Shown here in pieces: positions 8,167 through 18,989 of a stretch of DNA of 64,000 bases. The stretch covers positions 1 to 64,000 of the forward strand of contig JAGVFW010000003.1 in the NCBI GenBank assembly GCA_020057405.1, written 5' to 3'. The stretch is from an archaeon. Lineage in GTDB: Archaea > Micrarchaeota > Micrarchaeia > Norongarragalinales > UBA97. A program made the translations under genes and the position numbers. How positions within the stretch are numbered: the stretch's first letter is position 1; each line of letters opens with the position of its first letter. Under the pieces are notes generated by a model. That model ran no database searches, was not told the origin of the DNA, and was given only the letters and a program-made list of their open reading frames with translations.

Positions 8167-10803
8167 ATGGCCTTCCCGGCACCCGCATTTACCAAAAAAC
8201 GCGAGTTTCGGTGGTTTATGGCGCTCGTGCTCCTTGCGATACTCCTGCTTTTACTCCAGAGCGGACAAAAGCCTGCGGCAAAAGCAACGCCAACTCCTTC
8301 GCCCACACCGCAGGCGACCGGCTATGTGCAGCAAATGCAGGACGGAACGATGGTGAGCCGGTCGTACACTTTCCTTGACGGAGGGTACGTTGACTCTGCC
8401 GTTTTGCAAAATAACGGCAATTCCACGGTCGACATTACTTCGTTCTACGTCGTGCCCAAGGCGTTCGGAGCTGATGCGTCAAAATCCGACTTCGTGCAAA
8501 ACAATTCTTTCAACTCGCGGTTCATCTCGCAGTACCCGATTGTGCACGCAAGCGACACGCAACTCGCACCCGGGGGACAGTCAAGAACCGGCTTTTCCTA
8601 CAACGAGCCGCTAAGCAGAATCGCGATTCCGTTCTTCTTCACCGCACCCAAAAACGGCGATGAAGAAAAACTAAAGCCGCTTCTTGAAGCGCTTTCGGAA
8701 TACGGTCTCGGGGAGCAAACGCACGCGCTATTGAGCCGGACGCTCTCGCAAATTCTCTCGAGTAGCTTCTCGCCCGAACTCAAGTTCAACCGCGCGCTCT
8801 CGTTAGTAAGCGCGTTTGGCGAACTGCGGTTCCTTGGCCTTGACGCACCCATTGCGGAAAAGCAAATGGCTGCGCTTTTGGCTGCTGAGAAGCCCCTCGA
8901 CGAGAGGCTGCGGAATGCTTTCCTCTACCGCGATTTGCTAAAGCGGGAAATTGCCTACGCCGATGCAAGCGGCGGAACCTATGCGAGCGTGCTAAACGCA
9001 CTTGGCCCACTTATCAACGCAGGCGAACTGGAGAGTGCAAGCAACAAGCTCCTCGAGATGGAGAAAGAAAAGGGAGTCAAGCCCGAAGCCGCACTGCTTA
9101 ACGCCTCGGGTGGAAACAAGACATTTGATCCCTACCAATTTTTCCCAACGCATCCGCTCAGGGTGTCCGTCGACGTCAGCGAGATGGACCCCAAGGGCTT
9201 CAACTTTACGATACTCAACAGCAGCGTCGAGGTCGGACAACCGCTCGCGCGATTTGAGGGGCCTGCAGCTGATTACGCGGGCTTTGGCGTGGTGTCGCTT
9301 GGCAAGAACCTCAACATCAGTATTTCCGCCGACATTGGCAACGCGATTCTAAACGAGGACGGCACGGTTGACTTTAGCCATGCTAAGGCCAGCCTCATCA
9401 CGCGGTTCTTCGCACTGCCGGAAAAGTACGGCAACGTCACCGTCGAAGTCAACGTCAAGCACGAGAGCCTCAAGCCATTGCTTGACTACTACGGCCTCGA
9501 GTGGCCTGAAGAACCGCCAACTGTTGATGAAGCGCTTTCGGCAATTGGACAGGCACAACAGTGCAATCCATTTGGAGCTAGCCAAGGCATGACTCCGCAA
9601 ACATTTGCAGGTTCTGCCCCGGGAATAGTTTCTTGCCCGCTTGACGGCAGGCCGGCATTCGGCGGAAAGTGGGGTGACTCGCGAGCTTATCGCGGAGGCA
9701 CGCACAATGGCATTGACGTGGGCGTGCCAAAAGGCACGCCAATACGCGCTATGGCAAACGGAGTAGTTGCTAGCTTACCGGCGGGCTATTGCGGCCAGGG
9801 CATCACGATGGACTATGGCACAATTACCCTTCCGGCCGAAACAGTTGCAAGAATGAATGCAATCATGGCAAAAACGAATTACGGCAAGCAACTTTCAGCT
9901 GGAGAAACGGCGAACGCGCGCCTGACTGTGACATCGTGCCACTCAAGCAAGCGATTTGTTACAGTGGGACAGCAAGTCAAGGCCGGCGATGTCATCGGCT
10001 TAGTAGGCTCTACTGGCTGTCCCAACAACTGCGGACCGCACCTGCACATCCAAGCGAGGCTCAACGGCCGTTTCGTGCCCTTCGAAGCATTTTACGAGGG
10101 ATGTACACAAGGAAAAGTCACTCCATCGGAATCTGGCGGCAGTCAGGCGGATCCTGAAACTCCTCTTCCGCAAGAGCCAATATCATTAGCCTATAACGCG
10201 AACGGTTGCGTGCAGGATTATGGAACCGCTTTGAACGCAATTGCACCCCTTCCATTGGGCACACTCCCTGCAAACACGGGAGCGGCGCTTGCACCAAAGT
10301 CCTCCGCTTGCGCGAGCCTCGTGCCCCTAGTGCACGCCGAGCTTGCAAAGACGGGATTGCACGCGCGAGGCTTGACTACGGAGTACGTCATGGCCATGAT
10401 AACACAAGAAAGCTCCTGCCGCATTAATCCAAGTAACGGCCAGGGCCCAATGCAGGTAGTCGCCTGCGCTGCAGACCGCTGCTCGCTTACGGAAAACATA
10501 CGCCGCGGAGTGGGCCAGCACATCGTGCCAGGTTATGTAATGGGCCGCAAGAACGGGCTTTCGGGAAAGAAGCTCCTGCAGTTCATGGGCCTCTACTACA
10601 ACCGCGGCGTGGGAACTGCACAAAAGGCACTCAAGCTCTACGCTGCGGGAACTGAATTCACTGCCGCGCTAAACCAGGCCTGCCTGCAGAACTTCAGGGC
10701 AAGCTTGTGCGAAAAGAGCGGCTACGGCGCATACTATTATGAGGCCGTGCAAAAGCGCTGCGTAGAGCAATACGGAAAGGCTTGCAACACCGACGTTGCC
10801 TAA
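8167..10803 (+). CDS. Membrane-anchored multidomain protein with M23 peptidase and lysozyme/SLT-like domains (putative peptidoglycan hydrolase)
   Basis: N-terminal TM helix and PT linker. HNGIDVGVPKGTPIRAMANG (HxxxD) and GPHLH (HxH). AMITQESS...GPMQV...YYNRG resembles SLT motifs I-III. Confidence 0.85.
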   Translation: MAFPAPAFTKKREFRWFMALVLLAILLLLLQSGQKPAAKATPTPSPTPQATGYVQQMQDGTMVSRSYTFLDGGYVDSAVLQNNGNSTVDITSFYVVPKAFGADASKSDFVQNNSFNSRFISQYPIVHASDTQLAPGGQSRTGFSYNEPLSRIAIPFFFTAPKNGDEEKLKPLLEALSEYGLGEQTHALLSRTLSQILSSSFSPELKFNRALSLVSAFGELRFLGLDAPIAEKQMAALLAAEKPLDERLRNAFLYRDLLKREIAYADASGGTYASVLNALGPLINAGELESASNKLLEMEKEKGVKPEAALLNASGGNKTFDPYQFFPTHPLRVSVDVSEMDPKGFNFTILNSSVEVGQPLARFEGPAADYAGFGVVSLGKNLNISISADIGNAILNEDGTVDFSHAKASLITRFFALPEKYGNVTVEVNVKHESLKPLLDYYGLEWPEEPPTVDEALSAIGQAQQCNPFGASQGMTPQTFAGSAPGIVSCPLDGRPAFGGKWGDSRAYRGGTHNGIDVGVPKGTPIRAMANGVVASLPAGYCGQGITMDYGTITLPAETVARMNAIMAKTNYGKQLSAGETANARLTVTSCHSSKRFVTVGQQVKAGDVIGLVGSTGCPNNCGPHLHIQARLNGRFVPFEAFYEGCTQGKVTPSESGGSQADPETPLPQEPISLAYNANGCVQDYGTALNAIAPLPLGTLPANTGAALAPKSSACASLVPLVHAELAKTGLHARGLTTEYVMAMITQESSCRINPSNGQGPMQVVACAADRCSLTENIRRGVGQHIVPGYVMGRKNGLSGKKLLQFMGLYYNRGVGTAQKALKLYAAGTEFTAALNQACLQNFRASLCEKSGYGAYYYEAVQKRCVEQYGKACNTDVA

Positions 10804-12443
10804 GGCAGCTCGATTTCAAAAACAGCGCAGGGGACTGAGACGCCAAAGGCAGTCAGGACGCCCGGGTTAACTTCGCCCATTTGCCCGACCGGCTTGGAAT
10901 CAATAAGCACTTTTGCCGCACGGCCTTCGATGAATTGCGGCGAGGAAAGCTTCTCGAAAACGACTTTCTTGCCCAACCGCTTGGCGAATTCGCAAAGCAC
11001 GCTTGCAACTTCGGATAAATTGGCACTCGCGTGGCAGCTTGCCGCGGCCAAGTGCAGTTTAGTCTGCATTCGCTCAGGAAGCTTGGCGTTGTGCACGACA
11101 ACTTCGCCAGCCTCAAAAATCTTTTGCGGATATTCGATGTGCGTGTTCTGGCAAAGGACCTCAAGCAGGTTAGGCAAGAGCGTCGCGCGCATCACGTGGT
11201 ACTCGCTGCTGACTGGGTTTGCGATTTCAACGAACTCCTCGGCGCTTTTTGCGCGCCGGATTTTCTCCTCATTTGAAAGCACGTGCGTTGAGACCTCAAG
11301 GAAGCCCGCGCCGGCTAGAAAGTCTCGCGCGAAGTTTTCTTTTTCAGTCTTGGGGCTGATGCCGCCGTTGGTGAAAACGCGGGTGGCAATTGGCTCAAAA
11401 ACATTGTAGCCGATGCCCATGGCAACTTCTTCGACGAGATCTATTGGATGCAGAAAGTCGCTTCGGTAGGCGGGAATGGAGGCGATGACGGAATTGCCTT
11501 GCACTCGCGCAGTTATGCGCTGGCGCAAGAGAGATTGGGCCAGGGCGGTTGGCGATAGTGTAGTGCCTAACGTATTGTTGGCGTAGTCTACAGAGAGCGT
11601 CATTTCACTTGGCGTCGGGTCAGGCGTCAATTGCGTCTTGCCGTTAGGGTAGTGCACCTTGATGCGCGAGACTTTTGCCCCAGCGTCGGCAAAGTCGTGA
11701 CACAAAATGTTCATCGCGGCATTAAGGGCGTGGCCGTCGGTGCCGGTCATGTCGATGAAAAGGCTCGTTGTTGCAGTAGTCACTGCGTTGTCGAGGTTGT
11801 TGACAACTGGAATCAGCGCTAGGACTTGCTCGCGCGAGTCGACGAGGACAGGATACTTGGGGCCCTTGCCGGCCAGGTGGCCGTACTTGACGCCAGTCTC
11901 GTGGCGCGTCAGGATTTCCGAAAGCGACATGGGCGAGGTTGATTTTAGCGGCGTGTACTTGAATGAGGCGTCGAAGGCCTTGAAGTAAAATGGCGGGGAA
12001 AGCTTGTCGAGGTCGTAGAGGCCGATGCTCACGCGCTTTCGCCGCCGGCCGATTGTGAAGTCGAGCTTCTCCTGCCGCTGGAAGAGTTCGGCAATCGAGT
12101 CGTCGTCAAAGAAGACGCCTTCGATGACGGCGCCGGCAACGAAGGGCCGAACAGCAAGTGCCTCGGCCTCGGCAAAGTACTCGACTTGCGATGTCGGGAA
12201 ATCGTGCTTGGGGACGCCGGTTTCGGTTCCAAGCGCGCCTTTTAGCGCGCGGGCAACGCCATAGACGCTAAGCAGGTCGGGCCTATCGGGCGTTGTTTCG
12301 AGAGTGAGCTCGTCGGTCGCCTTGTCGTATCCGCCGACTACGCACTTGACTGACTCGAGCCCGCGTTCGAACTCTTCGTCGGACTTAGGCATCCAGCCGG
12401 CGAGCTTTAGCAGCAATTGTTTCTTCGCGGTGATGTTTACCAT
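10800..12443 (-). CDS. pheT: Phenylalanine--tRNA ligase beta subunit (archaeal type)
   Basis: RPDLLSVYGVAR, QEKLD...GRRRKRVSIGLYDLD and YRSDFLHPIDLVEEVA motifs. Confidence 0.97.
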   Translation of the reverse strand: MVNITAKKQLLLKLAGWMPKSDEEFERGLESVKCVVGGYDKATDELTLETTPDRPDLLSVYGVARALKGALGTETGVPKHDFPTSQVEYFAEAEALAVRPFVAGAVIEGVFFDDDSIAELFQRQEKLDFTIGRRRKRVSIGLYDLDKLSPPFYFKAFDASFKYTPLKSTSPMSLSEILTRHETGVKYGHLAGKGPKYPVLVDSREQVLALIPVVNNLDNAVTTATTSLFIDMTGTDGHALNAAMNILCHDFADAGAKVSRIKVHYPNGKTQLTPDPTPSEMTLSVDYANNTLGTTLSPTALAQSLLRQRITARVQGNSVIASIPAYRSDFLHPIDLVEEVAMGIGYNVFEPIATRVFTNGGISPKTEKENFARDFLAGAGFLEVSTHVLSNEEKIRRAKSAEEFVEIANPVSSEYHVMRATLLPNLLEVLCQNTHIEYPQKIFEAGEVVVHNAKLPERMQTKLHLAAASCHASANLSEVASVLCEFAKRLGKKVVFEKLSSPQFIEGRAAKVLIDSKPVGQMGEVNPGVLTAFGVSVPCAVFEIELP

Positions 12444-12444
12444 T

Positions 12445-13908
12445 TTAGCGGCTCCTCAAAAAGTCTAGCTTGTGCGAGTTTAGCTCGCGGATGTCAGTAA
12501 TGCCCAGGGAAAGCATGGCGAGCCGGTCGATGCCGAGGCCCCACGCGATTACGGGCTGCTCGACACCTAGTGCGCGCAGCATTTCGGGGCGGAACATTCC
12601 GGCACCGCCAACTTCGGCCCAGCCGCGGCCGGGAATCTCGACAGAAAGCTCGACGCTTGGCTCGGTGAAAGGGAAGTAAGTGGGATTGAACCTGACTTTT
12701 TGCGCGCCAAAGACTTCTTGGGCAAATGCCTTGAGGTAGCCAAGCAGCTCACGGAAGTTTATGCTCTCGTCAAGCACGATGCCGTCGCACTGGTTGAACT
12801 CGATGAAGTGCTTCCAGTCAATTTCGTCAGGCCTAAAGACGCGGCCGATGCAGAAGAGCTTTGAGGGCGAGGGGAGGCCTTTTGCCAAATGCCTTGCGCT
12901 TACGGCAGTTGTGTGCGAGCGGAGGACGAGTTGCGCGGCAGTCGCTGGATTCCAGGAGTACCGCCAGCCCATGCTGCCGTCGAGACCTCGCTCGTGCGCT
13001 TCCTGCACTTTCGCAAGCGTTTTTGCGTCGGTAACTTCTGCGGGCGCGTAGCCCCGCTTGACGCTGAAGATGTCGTGCACTTCGCGCGCGGGGTGGTCTT
13101 GGGGCATGAAGAGGGCGTCCATGTTCCAGAATTCTAGCTCGACTAACGGCCCGTGCATTTCCTTGAATCCGAGGCCGACGAGGTTGAGTTTGATGCGGTT
13201 GAGGAATTCCTTGTAAACGTGCTTGCGCGCGATAAGCATGGGCGCGGCAACTGTTGCCAGGTCGTACTCTCTGAAACGCTTGCCCTTCCACTCGCCGGTC
13301 TTCAGCATTTGGGGGGTTAGCTGCGAGACCTTGCCTGCCTCTTCGGCGGCGGCTTTTGCGCCCTTTGCGGTGATTTTTGCAAAAACGCTTTTCTCTTCAG
13401 ATTCCTTCACGAGTCCGCGCTGGACGAGCGTTGCGAGAAGCTTTTCCTCGGCGGCGCCGGCAATGCGCTTGCCGCGCACTAGAGCTTGGAGAAGTTCCTG
13501 CTCGCCGCTTTCAATCTCTTTGGCAACGGGTGCGAGCAGTGTCTTGTTGTCCTTCTTTTCGGTGACGAGAAGCTTGTTGCGCATTGCCCACTGGAGTGCA
13601 ATGCGCGATTCTTGTTCCGAGAGTCCGGCTGCTGCAATGGCGGCCGACATTTCAAGCGGCTTTCTCACGGCTTTGGCAAGGCGCACTTCGGGGAGTCCCG
13701 CGCTTGCGTAAGTGGTGCCTTCGGCAGTTAGCTCGAGGCGTTTTTTGACCTGCCGCTCGATAGTCACGAAGTTCTTTTGCGAGAGGCTCTCAAGGCCGCT
13801 CATTAAAGCGGAGTAGCTGACGCCCGACTTTTCGCAAAGCTCGGGTGCAGAGAGCTTGGCCTTGCTTGCGCTTAGGACCTTTAGCACTGCAAGCTCGGAG
13901 TCGTTCAA
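12445..13908 (-). CDS. pheS: Phenylalanine--tRNA ligase alpha subunit (archaeal type)
   Basis: DALFMPQDHPARE, LRSHTT, YFPFTEPS and WGLGIDR motifs. Confidence 0.98.
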   Translation of the reverse strand: MNDSELAVLKVLSASKAKLSAPELCEKSGVSYSALMSGLESLSQKNFVTIERQVKKRLELTAEGTTYASAGLPEVRLAKAVRKPLEMSAAIAAAGLSEQESRIALQWAMRNKLLVTEKKDNKTLLAPVAKEIESGEQELLQALVRGKRIAGAAEEKLLATLVQRGLVKESEEKSVFAKITAKGAKAAAEEAGKVSQLTPQMLKTGEWKGKRFREYDLATVAAPMLIARKHVYKEFLNRIKLNLVGLGFKEMHGPLVELEFWNMDALFMPQDHPAREVHDIFSVKRGYAPAEVTDAKTLAKVQEAHERGLDGSMGWRYSWNPATAAQLVLRSHTTAVSARHLAKGLPSPSKLFCIGRVFRPDEIDWKHFIEFNQCDGIVLDESINFRELLGYLKAFAQEVFGAQKVRFNPTYFPFTEPSVELSVEIPGRGWAEVGGAGMFRPEMLRALGVEQPVIAWGLGIDRLAMLSLGITDIRELNSHKLDFLRSR

Positions 13909-13957
13909 TCAAATTCCACCGCAAATTAGTTCGCTCTGAAATAATTTAAAGCAGCCC

Positions 13958-14704
13958 TTAGTGCTTGAGCCGCCCGCCGTCGACGACTAGAGTCTGGCCG
14001 CTCACGTTTTGCAGCATTGCGAGGGCGTAGACTGCCTTTGCGATGTCCTCGACCGTCGAGAGGCGGCCGAGGGGCGTCTCAAGACGCATTTTCTCGTTCT
14101 TTTCGGCAGGAACTTTTGCAAGAAGGTCGGTTTTAACCGCTCCGGGAGCAATTGAGTTGACGCGGATGCCAAACTTGCCTGCCTCCATGCACAACGATTT
14201 CGTGAGGCTGACGACTGCGGCCTTGCTCGCCCCGTAATGCACGCCCGCGCGGGCGGCGTCGATGCCGGCGATTGAGGAAATGTTGACGATGCTGCCTTTG
14301 ATTCCGTCTTTGACCATTAGGGGCACGGCGTGCTTGCAGACGAGCCACGCGCCTTTTGCGTTGGTGTTCATCACTTCGTCCCACTCGCTTTCCTCAAGCT
14401 CGGTAAACGGCTTGCCGGGAGTAAAAGCGTAGATGCCGGAGTTGTTGACGATGACGGTGATGGGCCCAAGCTGCTTGCGAACTTCGCCAACCATTTGACG
14501 CACTTGCGCTTCTTTTGAAATGTCGGCCTGAACCGCAATTGCCTTGACGCCGAGTGCCTTGATTTCGGCAAGCGTTTTTAGCGCCTGCGGCTCGCTACGG
14601 AAGTAGTTGATGCACACGTCAAAGCCGTTTTGCGCAAACTCTAGTGCAATGGCCTTGCCGATGCCCTTGCCGCCGCCCGTTACTAGAACACAGCCCTTCG
14701 TCAT
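13958..14704 (-). CDS. SDR oxidoreductase (FabG-like)
   Basis: TGGGKGIG, NNSG, YGASK and VDGG motifs. Confidence 0.92.
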   Translation of the reverse strand: MTKGCVLVTGGGKGIGKAIALEFAQNGFDVCINYFRSEPQALKTLAEIKALGVKAIAVQADISKEAQVRQMVGEVRKQLGPITVIVNNSGIYAFTPGKPFTELEESEWDEVMNTNAKGAWLVCKHAVPLMVKDGIKGSIVNISSIAGIDAARAGVHYGASKAAVVSLTKSLCMEAGKFGIRVNSIAPGAVKTDLLAKVPAEKNEKMRLETPLGRLSTVEDIAKAVYALAMLQNVSGQTLVVDGGRLKH

Positions 14705-14709
14705 TGCCG

Positions 14710-15273
14710 TCACTGCTTTCCAATCGCCCAGTTGATGATACCGCGGATTTTGGGGCCGTTCTCGAACATCCACGCGTCAGTGCCAAGCACTTTGACCGTG
14801 CCGTCCTCGACGCGAATGCAGTTGCACGTGCTGTAGTTGACTAGCACCTGCGGGTGCAGGCACGGGATGCGATCCTTGTTGGCGTTTACGCAGTATTGCC
14901 CCGCGATTATGCCCTGGACAGTGACGTTCTTGCGGTTTGTTGCCAAGGCTGAAGCGATTTCGGTTGCCGCCGCTGCCCTGCCGGGAAGGAACTCTTTTTC
15001 ACTTGCGGTGCCGATTTGCTCGACGACGTTTTGCGGCTCCAGCACGGCGGCGATGTCGGCCTGGGGGCTTGTCGCCTGGATGAGGATGCCGTTGACGATG
15101 TGCTCGGTTGGCTGTAAAGCCGAGCGCAGGAAGAAGAAGACTCCGCCGAAGACGAGGATGCCGATGCCAACCGCAATCAGCAGGCCCTTGTCACGCCTTG
15201 GCGCTTGGGGAGTTTCCTTTTTCGGTTCAGTTTTGTGTTCAGTTTTCATGAATAACGCCTCCCCCTCAATCAA
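14710..15273 (-). CDS. Hypothetical membrane-anchored protein
   Basis: One TM helix and a Cys-containing domain; overlaps the rnz stop. Confidence 0.65.
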   Translation of the reverse strand: MIEGEALFMKTEHKTEPKKETPQAPRRDKGLLIAVGIGILVFGGVFFFLRSALQPTEHIVNGILIQATSPQADIAAVLEPQNVVEQIGTASEKEFLPGRAAAATEIASALATNRKNVTVQGIIAGQYCVNANKDRIPCLHPQVLVNYSTCNCIRVEDGTVKVLGTDAWMFENGPKIRGIINWAIGKQ

Positions 15274-16178
15274 ATGCTTAGTTCAAGACCTTCTTGCGCA
15301 AGCTCGGTCTGCTCGAATGTTTTCTTCGCTTCCAAAAGCAGGCCGCCCCTGTTTTCGTAGCGGTTGGAAAAGTGGATTAGCAATAGCTTCTTGGCACCCG
15401 CCTTTTTCGCGATTGCCGCGGCCTGGCCGGCTGTCGAGTGCTTCTTTTCTTTTGCAATTGCTTTTGCGTCGTCGGCGAAAGTCGCCTCGTGGATGAGAAG
15501 CTCCGCGCCTTTTGCGGCCTTGGCAACGGCGGCGCAGGGCTCGGTGTCGCCCGAGTAAACGATTTTCTTGCCTTGTTGAACGTAAGTCACGTCGGCGAGC
15601 TTGACGCGCTTGCGCTTGCCTGACTTCTTGTCAATCACTTCGCACACGCCTTTTTCCTGCAGGAACGTGAATAGGTGGCCCTTGACGCCGGCCGCGTCGC
15701 ACTTTGCCTTGTCAAACCGGCGGTACGACGGGGTTTCAAGCGAGTAGCCGAGGGCGTGGCCCGCGTGCTTGACGGAGAACGCCTTGACGGTGAAGAGCTC
15801 GTTTTCAAAGACTTTGCCGGAACGGGCGACTTCCTTGATTTGCACGGGAAACTGGGGGGCGAGGATGCGGGTGGCAAAGAGGGCTTCTAGGAATTTTTTC
15901 GTGCCTGTGGGGCCGACGATGAGGAGAGGGTCGGTGCGCTTTTGGAGGTTAAGGGACTGGAGCAAGCCAAGGAGGCCGAGGAAGTGGTCGGCGTGGAGGT
16001 GGGAGAGGAAGACGGCGTTGACCTTCATCATGCTGACGCCAAAGCGCATCATCTGCTGCTGGACTCCCTCGCAGGCGTCAAAGAGGTAGGCGCCGCCGTA
16101 TTTGACTGCAAATGAAGTGCAATTGTGGGTAGGCGTCGGCAATGCCGCGCTAGTCCCAAGCACCACGAGCTTTATCAT
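15270..16178 (-). CDS. rnz: Ribonuclease Z
   Basis: LGTSAALPT, DACEG, SHLHADH, YSGDT, HEATF, HST and HFSNRY motifs. Confidence 0.96.
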   Translation of the reverse strand: MIKLVVLGTSAALPTPTHNCTSFAVKYGGAYLFDACEGVQQQMMRFGVSMMKVNAVFLSHLHADHFLGLLGLLQSLNLQKRTDPLLIVGPTGTKKFLEALFATRILAPQFPVQIKEVARSGKVFENELFTVKAFSVKHAGHALGYSLETPSYRRFDKAKCDAAGVKGHLFTFLQEKGVCEVIDKKSGKRKRVKLADVTYVQQGKKIVYSGDTEPCAAVAKAAKGAELLIHEATFADDAKAIAKEKKHSTAGQAAAIAKKAGAKKLLLIHFSNRYENRGGLLLEAKKTFEQTELAQEGLELSI

Positions 16179-16246
16179 AGATAATTGTAACCCAAAAAAA
16201 GCATTTAATAGATTGCACGGCGTTATTGTTCTAGTGGGAATGGTAG

Positions 16247-18241
16247 ATGGCTAAGTCTAGAAGCCATAGTTTGAAGTCCTCTAGCGGCCGCCTTGGGCGG
16301 GTGCAGGCAATGCCGTTAAAGGCACTTGCAAAATCCGCAGATGAGACGGGCAAGTCAAAGAAGGGAATGACGCTAAACTTGCTTAAGGGAATCAAGAGCA
16401 CGGCCGAGGTCGAAGTGCCAAAACTCATGGTCGACCAGGTAATTGGCCAGGAAAAGGCGGTCGCGATAGTCAAGAAGGCGGCTAAACAGAAGCGGAACGT
16501 TTTGTTAATCGGCGAGCCCGGAACCGGCAAGTCGCTCATGGCGCAGGCCATGGCCGAACTCCTTGACACTGCAGAACTTGAGGACATCCTAGTTGTCGGG
16601 AACCCGAATGATGAGAACACGCCACGCATCAAGGTGGTGAAGGCAGGCGAGGGCCGCCGCATCATCCAAGGCGAGCGAAGCAAGGCGGTTGTCCCAGGCG
16701 GGGGCTACACCAACATCATGGCAATCCTGGTCATCTTCCTCTCGTCGTTCTTTCTCTTGACTTACGGCAGGCAAAGTCTTGGCGACATCATCACCGCCGC
16801 CATGCTCATCGGCCTCTTTGCAATGGGCGCAATGTTCATGCTCGCCAGCCAAGTCGGCAAGCGGGGTCTCTTCAGCACCGCTTTCGAGGGAGTCAAGCTG
16901 CTCATCGACAACGCCGATAGAAAGAAAGCGCCTTTTGTCGACGCTACCGGCGCACGCGCTGGAGCTCTATTGGGTGATGTCAAGCACGATCCCCTGCAGT
17001 CGGGCGGCCTGGGCACGCCAGCTCACTTGCGCGTCGAGCCTGGCGCAATCCACCGAAGCAACGGCGGCGTTCTATTCATTGACGAGATTGCGACGCTGCA
17101 CGCCCGAAGCCAGCAGGAACTCCTGACGGCACTACAGGAAAAGAAATACGCAATCAGCGGACAGAGCGAAATGAGCTCGGGCGCCCTCGTTCACACCGAG
17201 CCGGTGCCATGCGACTTCGTCCTCGTCGCCAGCGGCAACTACAATGACATGCGTAGGATGCACCCTGCCCTTCGAAGCCGCATACGCGGCTATGGTTATG
17301 AAGTGTACATGGACGACAACATCCCCGATTCGCAGGAGAATATCAACAAGTTCGTCCAATTCGTCGCACAAGAAGTCACTAAAGACGGCAAGATCCCTCA
17401 CTTCGCTCCAGAAGCAGTTGAGGAAATCATCGAGGAGGCAAGAAAGCGGGCCGGCAGGAGAAACCGCCTGACGCTCAAGCTCCGCGAACTCGGTGGCCTC
17501 GTGCGGGCGGCCGGGGACGTTGCCAAGGAGCGCGACCACAAGCTCGTCGACAGGCAAGACGTGCGGGACGCCAAGAAGATTGCGGTTACTGTCGAGCACC
17601 AGATGGCAAGGCAGATGATTGACTACCGCCGCGATTACAAGGTCTTTCTTACAACCGGCTACGAAGTCGGCAGGGTCAACGGCCTTGCTGTGATGGGTGA
17701 TTCCGGCATCATCATGCCCATTGTCGCCGAAGTGGCACCCGCCGCAAGCAAGCAGGAAGGCAGGATTATTGCAACAGGCAAGCTCGGCTCGATTGCAAAA
17801 GAGGCGGTCGAGAACGTGAGTGCCATCATCAAGAAGCACACTGGCAAAGACACGAGCAACTTTGACGTGCACGTGCAGTTCCTCCAAACTTACGAAGGCG
17901 TTGAAGGCGATTCCGCAAGCGTCTCGGTTGCAACTGCAGTCATCAGCGCCCTTGAGGACGTGCCAATCGACCAGTCACTCGCCCTTACCGGCTCGCTCTC
18001 AGTGAGGGGCGCAGTCTTACCCGTCGGTGGCGTGACGCAAAAGATTGAAGCCGCCATTGAGGCGGGCGCGAAAAAAGTGCTTGTCCCCGCAAGCAACTTC
18101 GGCGACCTCATCTTGTCTGCCGATGCGAGAAAGAAAATCGAAGTCATTCCAGTAAACAACATCCACGACGTGCTGCGCTACGCGCTAAAAGATGGCCCCA
18201 AGAAAGCCAAGCTTTTGCGCGAGATAAAGAGCGAGTTTTAG
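16247..18241 (+). CDS. lonB: Archaeal membrane-anchored Lon protease (LonB); start uncertain
   Basis: GEPGTGKS, two TM helices inside the AAA domain, LFIDE, GDSAS and PVGGVTQK. Confidence 0.97.
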   Translation: MAKSRSHSLKSSSGRLGRVQAMPLKALAKSADETGKSKKGMTLNLLKGIKSTAEVEVPKLMVDQVIGQEKAVAIVKKAAKQKRNVLLIGEPGTGKSLMAQAMAELLDTAELEDILVVGNPNDENTPRIKVVKAGEGRRIIQGERSKAVVPGGGYTNIMAILVIFLSSFFLLTYGRQSLGDIITAAMLIGLFAMGAMFMLASQVGKRGLFSTAFEGVKLLIDNADRKKAPFVDATGARAGALLGDVKHDPLQSGGLGTPAHLRVEPGAIHRSNGGVLFIDEIATLHARSQQELLTALQEKKYAISGQSEMSSGALVHTEPVPCDFVLVASGNYNDMRRMHPALRSRIRGYGYEVYMDDNIPDSQENINKFVQFVAQEVTKDGKIPHFAPEAVEEIIEEARKRAGRRNRLTLKLRELGGLVRAAGDVAKERDHKLVDRQDVRDAKKIAVTVEHQMARQMIDYRRDYKVFLTTGYEVGRVNGLAVMGDSGIIMPIVAEVAPAASKQEGRIIATGKLGSIAKEAVENVSAIIKKHTGKDTSNFDVHVQFLQTYEGVEGDSASVSVATAVISALEDVPIDQSLALTGSLSVRGAVLPVGGVTQKIEAAIEAGAKKVLVPASNFGDLILSADARKKIEVIPVNNIHDVLRYALKDGPKKAKLLREIKSEF

Positions 18242-18290
18242 ACTAATTATCTTTTTATACTGGAACGGCACTGCATTTCTTTCGATTACC

Positions 18291-18815
18291 GTGAGACGTC
18301 CGGGCATAAGTACGCGTACAAGCACACTGACAGTCAGCGGAGCGAAGAGGTTAATCGGGGCACACGAGCGGGCCATTGAAACCAATACCCGCCTACACGA
18401 ATACATCGAATCGCGTAGAGAAACGCTTGCGTATGGAACGCTGAGTGCGGAAGCCCAAAAAAGCAAAGACACGCGAAAAACGCGCCAGTTTATGTCTGCG
18501 CTTGCAGTCGCAGGAGTTCCAATGAGCTTGACAATGGGCGAATCAGGCAGGGCGATAGTCCCCGCAGTTATGGGCTTGGGAATAGCGGGATTGCTAAGAT
18601 CTTACGGTTCCAACCCCGTGCAGCGCGGGCACGAACACTTGCACGCCGAAGTGGCTTTGGATAGCGACTTGCGGGCAATGGCGCCAATGCAACGGAAAAA
18701 GGCGATAAACGCCTATCTTCGGATACTTCTTTCGGAAAACGATTTTCGGGAAACGCTCATTGAGGCGCTCCAAGCACACGTAAACAAACGAATGTCCAAA
18801 AGAGAGCGGGGCTGA
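18291..18815 (+). CDS. Hypothetical protein
   Basis: 174 aa ORF filling the gap, with a central hydrophobic segment. Confidence 0.55.
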   Translation: MRRPGISTRTSTLTVSGAKRLIGAHERAIETNTRLHEYIESRRETLAYGTLSAEAQKSKDTRKTRQFMSALAVAGVPMSLTMGESGRAIVPAVMGLGIAGLLRSYGSNPVQRGHEHLHAEVALDSDLRAMAPMQRKKAINAYLRILLSENDFRETLIEALQAHVNKRMSKRERG

Positions 18816-18989
18816 TTACCGGAAGCCCGGTTTTTATAAGCCCCTTACGGGGACTTCCAGTGCGGGTTTTGCGCTCGCTGGAAGGGTATCGAGCGGGTTA
18901 GGAGAAGCCAATCATTTAAAAACCTGCGCGGCCATATTTTGCCGGCGCCAATCACGCTTGCAACACCATTTTTTGGAGGTAGGTTTTCG

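Noticed and set aside
18820-18900. Hairpins upstream of the PRC gene as an ncRNA
   Set aside because: Short hairpins (CCCC/GGGG, CTTCCAG/CTGGAAG) after a stop codon and upstream of the TTTAAA box fit terminator-like structure; no family motif
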